Assembly (NCBI RefSeq): GCF_006345805.1
Contig: NC_042997.1
Span: 106,702,001 to 106,766,000, forward strand
Direction: 5' to 3'
Length of the DNA stretch: 64,000 nt
From: Octopus sinensis
Lineage: Eukaryota
Shown here: piece after piece, positions 1 through 13,629 of the stretch
Layout of the letters: the number at the start of each line of letters is the position of its first letter
Position numbering within the stretch: the first letter of the stretch is position 1
Made by a program: the position numbers and the translations under genes
The notes under the pieces: generated by a model
The model's input: only the letters and a program-made list of their open reading frames with translations
Told to the model about the DNA's origin: nothing
Databases searched by the model: none

Positions 1-849
1 ATGTCTGCTATATGCCGCTGTATAATTTACAATTGTTTTCCTGGTACAAAACTATAAGTACGCTGAAATTTTTAATGCATGAAAACCAGAAACTATTAAA
101 ATAATTTTACCATGTATTTCATATCTGTCTTGGACATTTTAAAGATGTGGGGCCTCTTTTAAAAGAGTATATTACATTGCTTTCCCATGTGGTTTGTACA
201 GTATTTAGCCTCACAATCTGCTCAGCATAAGGAGAACAAGTTGGGTTGATGTGATAAACAGAGTAGATGTTTAATGTATCTGTCTGATTGTTTATAATGT
301 TTCAATTTGATCCTTGCATTAGCCTCCAGATGTGAAACATGGTTATAAGAAAAGAAATACCTAAGTACAATGCTTAGGCACAAGTATAGCTTTTGAGGCA
401 CAGGCATGGCTGTGTAGTTAAAACGCTTGCTTTGCAACCACATTGTTTAAGGTTCAATCCCACTGTGTGACTCCTATAACCCTGGGCTAATCAATGCCTT
501 GTGACTGAATTTGGTACTACCTTGAAGTTTTTAGTCAACCAAACTATGCCCAGTGTTTATTTTAGATATGGTACTTATTCTAATAGTCTCTTTTTATTGA
601 ATTACTAAGTTACAGGAATTTAAACAAATGAACACTTATTGTCAAACTGTGAGAGATAAACACACACACACACGATGATTTCCATCTCCCAAATTTACTT
701 ACAAAGTATTGACTGACCCAGGGCTATAGCAGGAGACACTTGTTCAAAGTGCTTCACAGTGTGGTGGAACTCAAGACCAAATGATTCCAAAACAAACTTT
801 TTAACCATACAATTATGCCTGTGACTTGTAAATTCAGGGTGCTAGCATT

Positions 850-1218
850 TATCTTTATCTTTTACAGGTTCCTGTCATTAGACAGCAGCCATGCTGGGGC
901 TCCGCTTTGAAGAACCTTCAGTTTGATGAATGGATCCCAGTACTTCTGGTACTTGTTCTGTCGGTCTCTTTTTGCCAAACTGCTAAGTCACAGGTTGTCA
1001 AGCAGTGGGAAGTGGAGACAATCACAGACACAAAGACACACACACACACACACACACACAAGCTTCTTTCAGTTCCATCTACCAAATCTATTCACATGGC
1101 TTTGGTCAGCCCAAGGCTATAGTAGAAGATACTTGCCCAAGGTGCTATGCAGTGGGACTGAACCCAGAACCATGTGGTTGGAAAGCAAGCTTCTTACCAT
1201 ACAGCCATGCCTGCACCT
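850..1218 (-). mobile_element. SINE family A, diverged
   Basis: Same structure on the minus strand. Further fragments lie at 400-820. Confidence 0.75.
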
Positions 1219-2568
1219 ATGGTTTCACATTCGCTCATATTTGTTATACATGATTCTAGTATGTAGTATTTGGTTATCTTAATATAGCTTGTTAGTTGGT
1301 TAGCCAGTTGATAATGAGGATAGGATATCGTAGGCTGATGATATATGTGTTAACCTTTCACTATATGTCTCAAGCTATCTTTGGTATTTCTAATCTGTTG
1401 CTGTTTGTCTGCTACTACTTGCATTCAACATTATCTAAAACGTAATTGTGTGTCCATGTGGGTTTCCACATGCTAATGCCACATGTTAAAATGATTTCAT
1501 TTTCAGATGTTAACCCATACATGCTATTCTTCTAGATTATACTGCATATATGTATGAGTGTGTATTCATCATCATCAGCAGCAACATCAGCATAACCACC
1601 ACCACGACTACTATCATAGTGTTAATGTCCACTTTTCCATGCTTGCATGGGTCGGATGGAGTTTATTGAGGCAGATTTTCTATGGCTAGATGTCTTTTCC
1701 TGTTACCAACTCCCATCTGTTTCCATGCAGGTTAGTATTCCCCAATAGCCAGACATGTTTTGTTGAGAGATTCGAGATGAATGACACCACTTGTATGACA
1801 GTGACACTCATTTACAACTATCAATGCAATGCCAAGACATAGAGACACAAACCTCACACACATACTCACATACAGACACATGCACACATATGTATACACA
1901 TATACAACAGGTTTCTTTCAGTATCCATCTTCCAAATCTCAGGACTACAGCAGAAGATACTTACAATGGGGGACTGAAGGCAAAACCATGTGGTTGGGAA
2001 GCAACCCTCTTAACCACACACCTCCTTCCATGTGACATCATCATCATCATCATCATCATTTAATATCCGTTTTCCATGTGGGCACGGGTTGGACTGTTCG
2101 ACAAGAGCTGATCAGCTGAAGGGCTGTTCAGGCTCCCTGTCTGTTCTGGCATGGTTTCTATGGCTGGATACCCTTCCTAATGCCAACCACTTTACAGAGT
2201 GTACGGGGTGCTTTTACACGGCACCAGCATGGGTGCTTTTTACGTGGCACTAGCACTTACAAGCCCGCAAGATTAGGGATGCTCAACTGGAGAGGGCTGC
2301 AAGGGATGGGCCTGTATGCAAGGGCAACCACGCTTTTACTTTGCTTGATATGACTTTGCAAGCACATCAAACTGCCAGGAGTGTTGGTCCCCTGTCATCC
2401 CCTCTAATTATAATGCAAATAGCATTTTGTTTGTGTGTATGCATGTGCATAGGTTTAATATATAATTAAATCTATGAATTTAGTAACATTGTTCTATATA
2501 TATAACACTGTATCACACAGTTTAATGTTTGTGTGTGTGAATCACCTTGCTCACTCATACACATGCAA

Positions 2569-2571
<3 letters not shown>

Positions 2572-2599
<28 letters not shown>

Positions 2600-2640
2600 T
2601 GTATGTATGTATGTATGTATGTATGTATGTATGTATGTAT
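2572..2640. repeat. (GTAT)n microsatellite
   Basis: Direct reading. Confidence 0.95.
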
Positions 2641-5345
2641 ATACACATATATATGTGTGTGTGTGTATGTATACATATGTATGTTGGTATTCATACTCTG
2701 TGACCAATCTGTTTTACCTGGAATTTCAGTTTATATGGATTGCTTTCTTCTCATAAGCCAAGCCATCTTCAAAAGTACTGAGTGTCTGTAAATTACCTTT
2801 TTCAATTTTAAAAATTCAGAAAAAATTTAAAATAAGGGTAACTCAGAAGAGTTTATTGGCAAACATAGGCAAACAAATAAAATTCTATTTGTAATTTCTT
2901 TTACTTACTCTGTGTGTGTGTGTGTGTGTGTCCTTTATCATCATCATCATTTTAACATGTTTCTCTTCGTTAGTGGCAGACACTGGATTTCATGTTTGCT
3001 GATAGTGTTGCTCCTATTGAAATTAAAATAATAATTTAAGCCAGACTTCACTCCTTAAACAATTCCCTTTGAGAAATTAAATTCATTGAAATTTGTTGTA
3101 TTTTTAATTATATATTTGAAAGTTTGTCTAAAATCCATTTAAAAAAAAAAAAAAAAAACATTTGTCTTACTTAAATTCTCGTGAGAAAAATCTTCAATCT
3201 AATTAATATGCTGATGAAGCCTTTTCTTTAAGAATGGAAATGTTTCCAAGTGGAAAGGATAGTTTTCATTTCACATGTGATGATTGTAGACCTGTCTTTC
3301 TTGATGTCAGAGCTAATAAATCAAATAACACCAGGTACTACAGTTTGAACATAAACATGCCACTGAATCAACACATTCAGAGTCAAAGAGAATGAGAGAG
3401 AAAGAGAGAGAGAGAGAGTGGGGAGAGGAGGATGGGCTATAAACTCTAGACAATAATTGTTTAAACAGATGGATTACTACATCAGCCAAACATTTCCAAA
3501 CAGATGTATTTTACTCCTTTGAAGAAATTAATCTTTCCATGTTAATTTGCTTTTTGTTTTATTTATGTCATTTTTTATAATTTTTTTTTCTTTATCTACA
3601 TTAAGCTCCTACTATATTTGTAATGGGTTAATAAACCAACAATGTATGACCTGCAAGAAATAGCAGTTAAATCTCCCAGTTTTTTTTTAATTATATTTTT
3701 TTGAGTTTCTTTTTTCTTTATGTTCATTATGCTCTTATTTCATTTGTAACTACTAAACAAGAAAGCATCTTTACAATAGCATCTATATCTTACTTAAATC
3801 ACCCCAAACTCTCTTAAAACAGGAAGAACACATTGGATAATGTAATCCAAGATACATTATGTCTGAAAGTAAAATTGGCTAAGACCGGACAAGAGCAAGT
3901 TTATTTACAGCTTACTCTTATGGCCCATCTTTGCTCAGACGTTGGAATAATATGGTACTTGAATGATTTTCAAAGTGAGTTTACAAAAACCTGGGTTCTG
4001 TGAAAAAAATTTGTTGTTCTAGAAGAGGTCTTTTAATAAAACTGAATAAAAATTTGTATTATAAAAAATGGTAATTACCACTTTAAAGTAATGTTATTAC
4101 ATAAATAAGTCCTCTAACTGTGCATCATGAAACAAATACAGCCATGTACAGATGTGGCTGTGTAGTTGAGAAGCTTGCTTCCCAATCATGTGAACTTACG
4201 TTCAATCCCACTGCATGGCATCTTGAGCAAGTGTCTTCTACTATAGTCATGGGTTGACCAAAGCTTTGTGACTGAATTTGATAGATGGAAACTGAAGGAA
4301 ACCCATCATTCATGTGTGTGTGTGTGTGTGTATGTCCTTGTGATGACATCATATAATGGTTGTAAATGAGTATCACTGTTATACAAGCAATGTAGCTCGT
4401 TTCCAGTCTTCTGAGGAAAATATGTCTGGCCATGAGAAATACTACCTTGCTTGGAAACAGGTGAAGGTTGGCAACAAGAAGGGCATCCAGCTGTAAAAAA
4501 TCTGCTTCAGTAAATTTTGTCTAACCTATACAAGCATAGGAAAGTAAACATTAAATGATGATATTGGGTTAAAAGCCACTTGGAAGGAAAAAAATGCAGA
4601 AAGCTACTCATGGGACTTGAAACACATCTTTAACCTAAGGGTTTTTAACCCGTTAAATTTATAAAGTATTATTTATAGCGCTATTCAGTTTAAATGACTT
4701 GTTTAATACTTCTCTCCTTGTATTTCAACATATCTATGTCAAAACATAAAGATATGGCTCCCTTCAAAGATCAAGCCCCATAAGGATTAATGATATGGCT
4801 AGGGGCCTACTTCTACTCCTTTGAAAAGCAGGATGCCATAGTCTCTGCAATGCACCCCCACTCTCCTTGTCTTGCAATCCCTGTTGTTTCCCACCCCATA
4901 CTCTGCCAATTTCTCTGTAAGCACTGTGAGTATCCAGTGAGTTTTGTTATTTACATTTTGTTTCATGTGTAGTCTTTACAATCAGCATGTTGGTTTTGTT
5001 TGAAATGTAAATATGTATTTGCCATTTAGTATAACTACAACAAAGAAGAACCACATAAATGTGAAGAGAAGGTACTTTCTCTTTGTATCCCAATATACAG
5101 GGAGAAAGAGAATGTTACGAAACTGTGGTGATAATTTTTGAACATTATATTTGCAGGCTTGCATGGCTGTATGGTTAAGAAGCTTGCTTCCCAACCATGT
5201 ATTTGGGGGTTCAGTCCCATTGCATGGCTTCTTCAGCAAGTGTCTTCTCATTTAGCATTGGGATGACCAAAGCCTTGTGAGTGAATCTGGTTGGTGGAAA
5301 CTGAAAGAAGCCCATTGTGTATGTATATATATATATATATATATA

Positions 5346-5962
5346 TCATCATCATCATCATCATCATTTAGCGTCCGTTTTCCATGCTAGCATGGGTTGG
5401 ACGGTTCTACTGGGGTCTGTGAAGCCAGAAGGCTTCATCAGGCCCAGTCAAATCTGGCAGTGTTTCTACGGCTGGATGCCCTTCCTAACGCCAACCACTC
5501 CGTGAGTGTAGTGGGTGCTTTTTACGTGCCACCCACACTGGTGCCAGACAGAGCTGGCAAACGGCCACGAACGGATGGTGCTTTTTATGTGCCACCGGCA
5601 CGAGGGCCAGGCGAGGCTGGCAACGGACACGAAACGGGGCGGTGCTGGCAACGGTCGCGAAACGGAAAGTTCTCTTACATGCCACCGGCACTGGTAACAC
5701 ATTTGCAATTTCCATTGATCGATTTCCATTAATCGATTTCGATTCTGATCCTCACTTGCCTCAATGGGTCTTCACAAGCAGAGTTTCGACATGCCACCGG
5801 CACTGGTAGCACATCCGCAATTTCCATTGATCGATTTCGATTCTGATCCTCACTTGCCTCAACACGTCTTCACAAGTAGAGTTTTGTGTCCCAAGAAGGG
5901 AAGGTATGTATACGTAGGCTGGCTCCATCCCATGTAGAAGGCCACGGGTTGTGGACTCACTT
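5346..5962 (-). mobile_element. 3' UTR fragment of the same RTE-like LINE with a (GAT)n tail
   Basis: (CAT)n then GCGTCCGTTTTCCATGCTAGCATGGGTTGGACGG..GGATGCCCTTCCTAACGCCAACCACTCC and tandem units. Related copies lie at ~2040-2400, 6451-6775, 11165-11420, 51230-51555, 53360-53590, 53960-54230 and 63060-63220. Confidence 0.75.
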
Positions 5963-6004
5963 ATATATATATATATATTTATATAAAGAGAGAGAGAGAG
6001 AGGG

Positions 6005-6357
6005 GGAGAGGGAGAATTCACAAAAGACGAAGACAGGTGGTGTAAACAACAAACAGATATATTAGTTTAACTCTCGGGAAGTGAAAGTCTTTAATGTTTC
6101 AAGCCTATGCTCTTCCACAGAAAGGAACACAGAAAGAAAAGTTCGTTGGGTGATGAGAGGAGACAGGATCAACTGATGCGACCATGTGAGCATGTAATAT
6201 ATAGGGAGAATTCACAAAAACACAAAAGATGAAGACAGGTGGTGTAGACAACAAACAGATGTATTAGTTTAACGCTCTCAAGAAGTGAAGAAGTTTTTAA
6301 CATTTTGAGCCTACGCTCTTCCACAGAAAGAAAAGTTCATTGGGTGATGAGAGGAGA
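6005..6357 (-). mobile_element. Two tandem copies of the PLE terminal repeat
   Basis: GGGAGAATTCACAAAA..GAAGACAGGTGGTGTA(A/G)ACAACAAACAGAT..CAGAAAG occurs at ~6009 and ~6203, matching 21900-22040. Confidence 0.8.
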
Positions 6358-7449
6358 ATATATATACATATTAAATATTACTGCTCAAAAAAATTTATAT
6401 AGGGAATGCTTTTTGGGGGGGACCCTGTCTTTCACGAATAACATGTCTGGTCATCATCATCATCATCATCATCATCGTTTAACGTCCGTTTTCCGCGCTA
6501 GCACGGGTTGGACGGTTTCGACCGGGGTCTGGGGAGCCAGGGGCTGCCCCAGGCTCCAGTCTGGTCTGGCAGTGTTTCTACAGCTGGATGCCCTTCCTAA
6601 TGCCAACCACTCCGCGAGTGTAGTGGGTGCTTTTTACGTGCCACCTGCACAGGTGCCAGAGGGGTCTGGCATCGGCCACGGTCAGTTGGTGCTTTTTATG
6701 TGCCACCTGCACAGAAGCCAGTCGGGGCGGCGCTGGCATCGGCCACGTTCGGATGGTGCTTTTTTTAAGTGGGGGGAGGGTGCAGAAATATAGGGGAGCA
6801 CCAGTGGGGAGGGGTGTTCGGAGAAACGATGACAGGTTCTAGACAAGTAGAACGTAGGATATCACGAGAGGGGTAATGCATGGTGAAATAGCGTATTGAA
6901 GAGGGGGGTTCGAAGAGTAGACACCTATAATGGTGGTGGGAGAAGCGACATCCGGTATAGATGGAGCAAAAATATAGAGATATCCAGTATTGGTGGTGGT
7001 GGTGGTGGGGGTGGGCAAGGGCGGGTGCACCGGGAATATGCGAAGGTTGAACTTGACGGGCTGGCTTAAAAATGCTCTTAGCAATGGAAGGGGGGAAAGG
7101 AAGAGGGGGGGAGGGCATACAACGTAAAAGAGGGAGAGAGGGAGAGAGAGAGAGAGAGAAGGGAATAGTGGAACCCCACGAAAATCGGCCGCCATTGAAA
7201 AAATCCTGTATGGAGAAACTCAAATATCTATTCTGTATTTAGCGAGACACAAGGCCGGAAAACCGATGGTCAACAATAACTAATAAATTATACAGAATAT
7301 GCAATACGAGGCGAAATAATAATACTAATAAACAAATTGTCGACTGGGGGTCAAAGGGATAATACTAATACTACTAATAATAATAATAAACAGCTTAACC
7401 ACTAGAGATCAGACAAATTTGCATGAGAATATTACTGGTACAGATTACG

Positions 7450-7480
<31 letters not shown>

Positions 7481-8908
7481 TACGACGGGCTTCTTTCAGT
7501 TTCCGTCTACCAAATCCACTCACAAGGCTTTGGTCGGCCCGAGGCTATAGTACAAGACACTTGCCCAAGGTGCCACGCAGTGGGACTGAACCCGGAACCA
7601 TGTGGTTTGTAAGCAGAAAGAAATATTAATGAGGATTGACAACACTTGCCCAAGGTCCCACACAGTGGCCCTGACCCATGAAATCATGTGGTTGCAAAGC
7701 AAGCTTCTTAAATACACAGCTACACTTGCTTTATTTATCAACTTTATTTTATCAATTCTGGAAGAATGAAAGGCAAAGTTAACTTAGATGAGATTTGAAA
7801 CCAGAATGTAACCTGTAACAAATACCACAAGGTATTTCATTTTGTCCATCACTGTAATGAGTTTGCCAATCCAAGTGCAACACATTTTGCAAGGAAAGAC
7901 CTAGCAGATTTATAATAAATTCACAATATATTACTGGTACTTACTTTGTTGATCCCAGCAATGATAGCAAATAAAGTGGGACTTGAAATTAAAATACAGA
8001 AAGACATGACTAACTAATATAAGACACTTAGTCTGACATTCCACTGATTCCTCCATCCATTGTCTTTCAACCGGAATAGCAACAACAATCATAATACTGA
8101 CAGCAGTGGCAGTTTTGGTGGTGGTTGTGGTGTTAATCACTTCAGTTGAAAGATTTTCCTGCACTCCTTTACTATAAAGCAAAATAGGCACCACCAAGTA
8201 AGTGTTTATTATTTCAGCCCAAGGTCACCAAGAGAAGTAGGTCAACAACTAAGGAGTGCCACATTGTTATCCTTCAGTTTTATTTATTATTATTCAACAG
8301 GATATTACCAGACTTTAGAGCTAGGGAGAGGTAGGAAGGCGGAAGGATTTGTGAACTGTTCTGTTATATTTTTTCCTTCTTTTCTTTCAGTCTTTATTTT
8401 CTTGTTTGAAATTTGTTTTTCATTTTTTGTTCTTTTATGTAAGGCAAAATATAACATATTTCCCATGACAAGGAAGTGCTACACAAAAAAGGAAAGCACT
8501 AAATATAGAATTTATAAGCCAAGATTAGATGGTCTTCATGGGATACAGGCAAATATAAAAAAAACGATGTTCCTAAGGTTACCTGTCTTTCACATTAATT
8601 TTAAAAATATGAATAATTGATAATGACACCAATAAGAAAATTATTTCATGTGTGCTGAACCAAGATCTTTGAGCTAAATAGGTAATATATATTTCATTTG
8701 TAATATTGACTACACCTGTAAACTTTTAAAGGTTAAAAGCTTCTCATGTACTGAACTGGATAGATTTTTATGGTTGTTTAACTACATTTAACTGATATCC
8801 TCTCAGCAGGTGAGTAAAGTCAGCTCCAGTTGTTAGGTAAGATTGACTCTATGTTGAAGAAACAATAAATATATTGATAGTATTTGTAGCTACAAGTCTT
8901 GCTTTTAA

Positions 8909-9131
8909 CTCTTTTGATACCATCGTGCCTGGGAGTAGAAGAGTTCTATGATGCAAACTTCTTGTTTTAAAATGATTTAAATTAAATCTTTCCATCAAAA
9001 TTCTGTCAATTTATGTTCCAAATATCTGCTTAAAAATTACAGTTATTTTACTAAATTCTTCATTCTTTTCAAAATTAATTGGAACAAAGGCAGTGTATTT
9101 GTTCCAATACACTACCTTTGTAGCAAAAGGG
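8909..9131. mobile_element. piggyBac-like (TTAA) MITE
   Basis: TTAA|CTCTTTTGATAC...GTAGCAAAAGGG|TTAA. Confidence 0.7.
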
Positions 9132-9667
9132 TTAAGAGGATAAAAAGGTATAATTCATGAACTCAGCTCCATTGTATTACTGGTACTTATGGAACCAGTA
9201 AAGATGAAAAAAATAGTCAGTTTTGAGAACATCAGATATATTAATAGTTAAGCCCTTCTTTCAATGACTTTTCTTCACTGTTCTAGAGTCTGAGCTGTCA
9301 TTTCTGCTTCTCTCCAATTAGATCTTTATCACCTGCCTGCATTACCTGTAATATCCTTCATGTTTCATCCCCGAGCGAAGGATTTCTTCTCTCAGGTCTC
9401 ATTGGTTTTGAATTGTCATTGATGCTTCTGTAAGTTTGCATTTTTCTAGCTAGGGGTGTTGGCCCTCTACAAACCCATTTTTACCTCTGGGAAGTAGTGG
9501 TCCATATTAGTCTAGCCTCTTTACTTTGAACCTGTCTAGCATAGTAGGCCCTACTAAGAGTTTGTGTTCCACTGGTATAGCTTTCAGGGCAGGGCCAGCA
9601 TTATAGGCCTGCAGATAAATCACTGCACTGAGGCCTATATTATTTACTGACTGTAAGCCACAGTATA

Positions 9668-10120
9668 CAGTCATGGCCAAAAGTTTGGAACATAGGTGTG
9701 AAAATTGGAATTTTTACATTAAATGCCCCATGGCTCAGTGGTTAGAATGTCAGGCTCATAACCATGAGGTAGTGAGTTTGATTTCCAGACCGGGCTGTGT
9801 GTTGTGTTCTTGAGCAAGACACTTTATTTCATGTTGCTCCGGTCTATTCATCTTGCATCATCACTGGTGCTGAGCTGTATTGGCCTTTAGGGGAGGGAAG
9901 GCTATATGCATGGGCAACTGCTGGTCTTCCATAAACAACTTTGCTAGGAATTATGCCTTGGAGGTGAACTTTCTAGGTGCAATCCTATGGTCATACATGA
10001 CCTAAGGGGATCTTTACCCTATATACATTGTATATATTTGAATTGAATTGTACTTGGGCATAACAATTTTATTTTAAAGAAATGTTCCTAAGAAATGTTC
10101 CAAACCTTTGGCCATAACTG
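9668..10120. mobile_element. Tc1-type MITE with a nested SINE (9724-10020)
   Basis: TA|CAGTCATGGCCAAAAGTTTGGAACA ... TGTTCCAAACCTTTGGCCATAACTG|TA. Confidence 0.8.
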
Positions 10121-11762
10121 TACATGGATTAGAACCAGGCTCCTTAGGCCTAGTGTGCCCATACCTTAACACAGCAACGATTCAGTGTCTTTGAGGTACA
10201 TAATCCACCTTACAGTAAAATGGACTGAACCTTGTGCTGGTTGTGCCTGAATTAAGAAAAGAAAAATATTAAGAAGGCAGCCTTGCAGTGGTAATACTTT
10301 TTCCTGACAATTTAATCATGAGAAATATTTACATAAAAAGCATACAGATATTTCAATTCAAATTCAGCTCTAATTCTGTGGATTTAGAATCCTATATTGC
10401 TGTTTTTGTTTTGTTTTTTTGTGAAAACTTAGAATTCATTCTTTGTGATTATTATTCTGCATTGTTGCCATCATCATCATTGTTGCTGTTCATGTGATAA
10501 AATAAAAACAGTGACAAACGAATCCAAGGAGAAAGAATTCAATTCTCTATAGACTGTTTCTTCAGCTTATATCCACATCACTGTATTAGTATGTTTTAGT
10601 TCTAATACTAACACGCATGCATACACACAAACACATGCACATGCACATGCTCCACACACGTGGACACACATATACACACACACCACAAACACAAATGCGC
10701 ACACTTGCATACAGAGAAGCACATACACATGCACTTAAATACATATGCATACATGAAAGAGAAACACACACACACAGACATGCATACATGAATACACATG
10801 TAAAGAGAATAACAAGATAAATGTAAATAATCATGTGTATGTGCAAGAAAATTGTCATCATCAGTGTCAATAGACAACCGTAAACATAGTGTGTGTGTGT
10901 GTGTGTGTGGTGAGAGAGAGTTTATGAGATTTATTCAAGAGCACAAGGCAATGGTTGAAGTAAGAATTGAAAATGATAAACTCTTTAATCTGTAAAACAA
11001 TTATCTTGACTTCACATTTATTGTGTTCATGCTTGTCTAGCTAGATACATGTACACACTCACACCCAATCACAAACACACACACACACATTGAGTTGCAG
11101 GTATGACTGAGTGATTAAGAAGTTTGTTTTATAATCATGGGGTCTTGGTTTCAATTACATTGACTAGCGTCCATGTCGGTGACACGTAAAAGCACCAACC
11201 GATCGTGGCCGTCTGCCAGTGTCCCCTGGCCCCTGTGCCGGTGGCATGTAAAAACCACCCACTACACTCATGGAGTGGTTGGCGTTAGGAAGGGCATCCA
11301 GCTGTAGAAACACTGCCAGATCAGACTGGAGTCTGGTGCAGCCTCCTGGCTTCCCAGATCCTGGTAGAACCGTCCAACCCATACTAGCATGGAAAACGGA
11401 CGTTAAACGATGATGGTGATGATGATGATGATGGTGATGTATGGCATGTTGGGTAAGTATCTTTACAGTAACCTTGAGTTTACATGAAGCCATGTGAGGA
11501 AAACTGAGTAGACAGAAACCCAGCAAATTTATTGTACGCATAATTTGTAAGTCCAACATTGTCACACATACATTGTATCATGCTGATTCAGCTTGGGACA
11601 TATGTTAAGAGTACACTTGTCTGTGGAGTCCTCAGCCACTTAGATGTTAATTTAACAAGATGAACATTTAGCCCAGTGAAAAACTGAGTGCTGTTTGTGA
11701 AAATCAATGAAGCATCAACTAAATGTTTATATTTCTGTATGGGAGATGTTTGGTGTACATAG

Positions 11763-11995
11763 AAGGCGGCGAGCTGGCAGAAACGTTAGCACGCCGGGCG
11801 AAATGCTTAGCAGTATTTCGTCTGCTGCTACATTCTGAGTTCAAATTCTGCCGAGGTCAACTTTGCCTTTCATCCTTTCGGGGTCGATTAAGTAAGTACC
11901 AAATTACGCACTGGGGTCGATATAATTGACTTAATCTGTTTGTCTGTCCTTGTTTGTTCCCTCTGTTTGTAGCCCCTTGTGGGCAGTAAGGAAAC
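11763..11995 (+). mobile_element. tRNA-derived SINE, family B
   Basis: GGCGAGCTGGCAGAAACGTTAGC...GAGTTCAAATTC (B-box-like)...GCCTTTCATCCTTTCGGGGTCGAT. Copies lie at ~7735-7870, 25356-25560, 29752-29945, 31484-31710, 33870-34030, 38640-38890 and 59380-59700. Confidence 0.8.
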
Positions 11996-12339
11996 GATAG
12001 AAGGACTATGCTAATGGAAATACTTCATGTTAGTTTTATCAACCATACTTTTCCATATTGGCTTAGGGCATATTGGAAGAAGGTGTTAATTTTGGAATTT
12101 TCCTTCTCCTAAGTTGATTGCCTTCACCACAGCTAAAAGCTCAAACTACCCTTACAAAAATCTATTTAACCCATAGATGGGACCCTAACTGGTACTACTG
12201 CTTCGGGTCAGAACAGACCTGGGAATGAGTAATAGTAATTAAGGAATGACTCCACTCTCTCAAAAACTCCATAATTCCCAAACTGGACTCTCACCACCAG
12301 ATACAGTTTAATGTCATATCCGAAACAAATTACCACCAA

Positions 12340-12540
12340 TCACTTCTTGGCCACATTAAGCAAATGGTTTGTGGTATCTGCAAAATCTGTTTGGAAGGCA
12401 TGATTAATGGAAAGAGAAACAGCGGTCAGCATCCTAAGAGATAGACATATAACTAACATCACAGCATGGGTAGTTCTTGACATAGTTTCCTTGAATGCTC
12501 TTGCCAAAATTTGAATACTATATAGGCAATTGTCTCATGT
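12340..12540 (+). mobile_element. Old RTE LINE fragment
   Basis: LLGHIKQ...ICLEGMINGKRNSGQHPKR* resembles FGHI.R...LEG.I.GKR.RGRP..RW. Confidence 0.5.
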
Positions 12541-13071
12541 TGGCGCGCATTCTGCCACTGGTGGAGAAAGTGGGAAATGAGAAGTACTATCCCTCATATG
12601 ATACCAAAAGTAGAAATACTACCAGACAGTAAATAACTCCATCTTTGTTCTTTCATCAAAGCTCTTTTTATCTGTTACTCACTGTGATACTGAATCACAG
12701 TTAGACCCCACATTCATAAAGATGTTCTGTCTTTTCTTAATTTTTCTCTTTACTATTCATCTGTCTGTCTGCCTATCTATCTGTCTGTCACCTCTATCTG
12801 TTTACATACATATATATCATTACATCTCTCTCTCTCTCTGTCTCACACACACACACACACGCATGCGTGCATGCACATGCATATACAGACACACAAACAT
12901 GCTATCTCTCTCATAAACATAACAAGCTCTATAGTGTTACTGTTATCAGAAACAAAATAGTTACTGTAATACATTTCCTATATACTTGGTATTTGAGGAA
13001 ATACTTTCAATTTCTGTTGAAATCATTGGACATTCCAGCAGCTTTTCTTTCCTCGTTTCTTTACACCCACA

Positions 13072-13102
<31 letters not shown>

Positions 13103-13629
13103 TATATGTATGTGTTCATGTATGTATGTCAGTTTGTGTATGTGTATGTATAAGCATGTTTTACTTGTTTCAGTCATTGAACTGCTGCCATGCTGGAGCA
13201 CTACTTTGTAAAGTTTAATCAAATAAATTAACTCCAGTACTTATATTTAAGTCTGCTATTTATTCTATCAGTCTCTTTTGCTGAACTACTAAGTTACTGG
13301 GATATAAATAAACCAACACTGGTTGTCAAGCAGTGGTGAGGAGACAAACACATACACACACGAAAAGCTTCCACATAGTTTTCATCTCTACCAAATTCAC
13401 AAGGCATTGGTTAGGGGCTATAGTAGAAGACAGTTGCTCAAAGTGCTGTGCAGTGAAATTGAACCTGTAAACATGTTATGAAGGAAACTTCTTAACCACA
13501 TGTTTTTTCAACTAGTGTTTAGCCATGCTTACACACTGGTTCAACATCTGGTTTATAGCTTTGATATGGTCCTGCCTTTTTGTGTTTTAATCAATCATGT
13601 CAACTTGGCGTAAACTTTTTAAACTTGTA

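Noticed and set aside
2474-2791. ORFs rich in CVCV, HTHT, YIYI, MYVC, LSIY or poly-His (also 10586-10877, 21568-21966, 43997-44194, 62867-63373 and others)
   Set aside because: They are translations of (GT), (CA), (TA), (GTAT), (TCTA) and (CAT) microsatellites, not proteins.
5496-5700. Tandem ~55-60 bp palindromic units considered as a CRISPR-like array
   Set aside because: The context is eukaryotic, the inter-palindrome segments are related to each other rather than unique spacers, there are no cas genes, and the array belongs to a LINE 3' UTR.
7990-8203. Plus-strand segment ending in CAA|GTAAGT with a hydrophobic or Asn/Gly-rich translation
   Set aside because: All three frames contain stops. 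It could at most be a non-coding exon, and no support is visible.
11763-11860. A-box/B-box motifs considered as tRNA genes
   Set aside because: No cloverleaf or acceptor stem. They are SINE heads continuing into SINE bodies.
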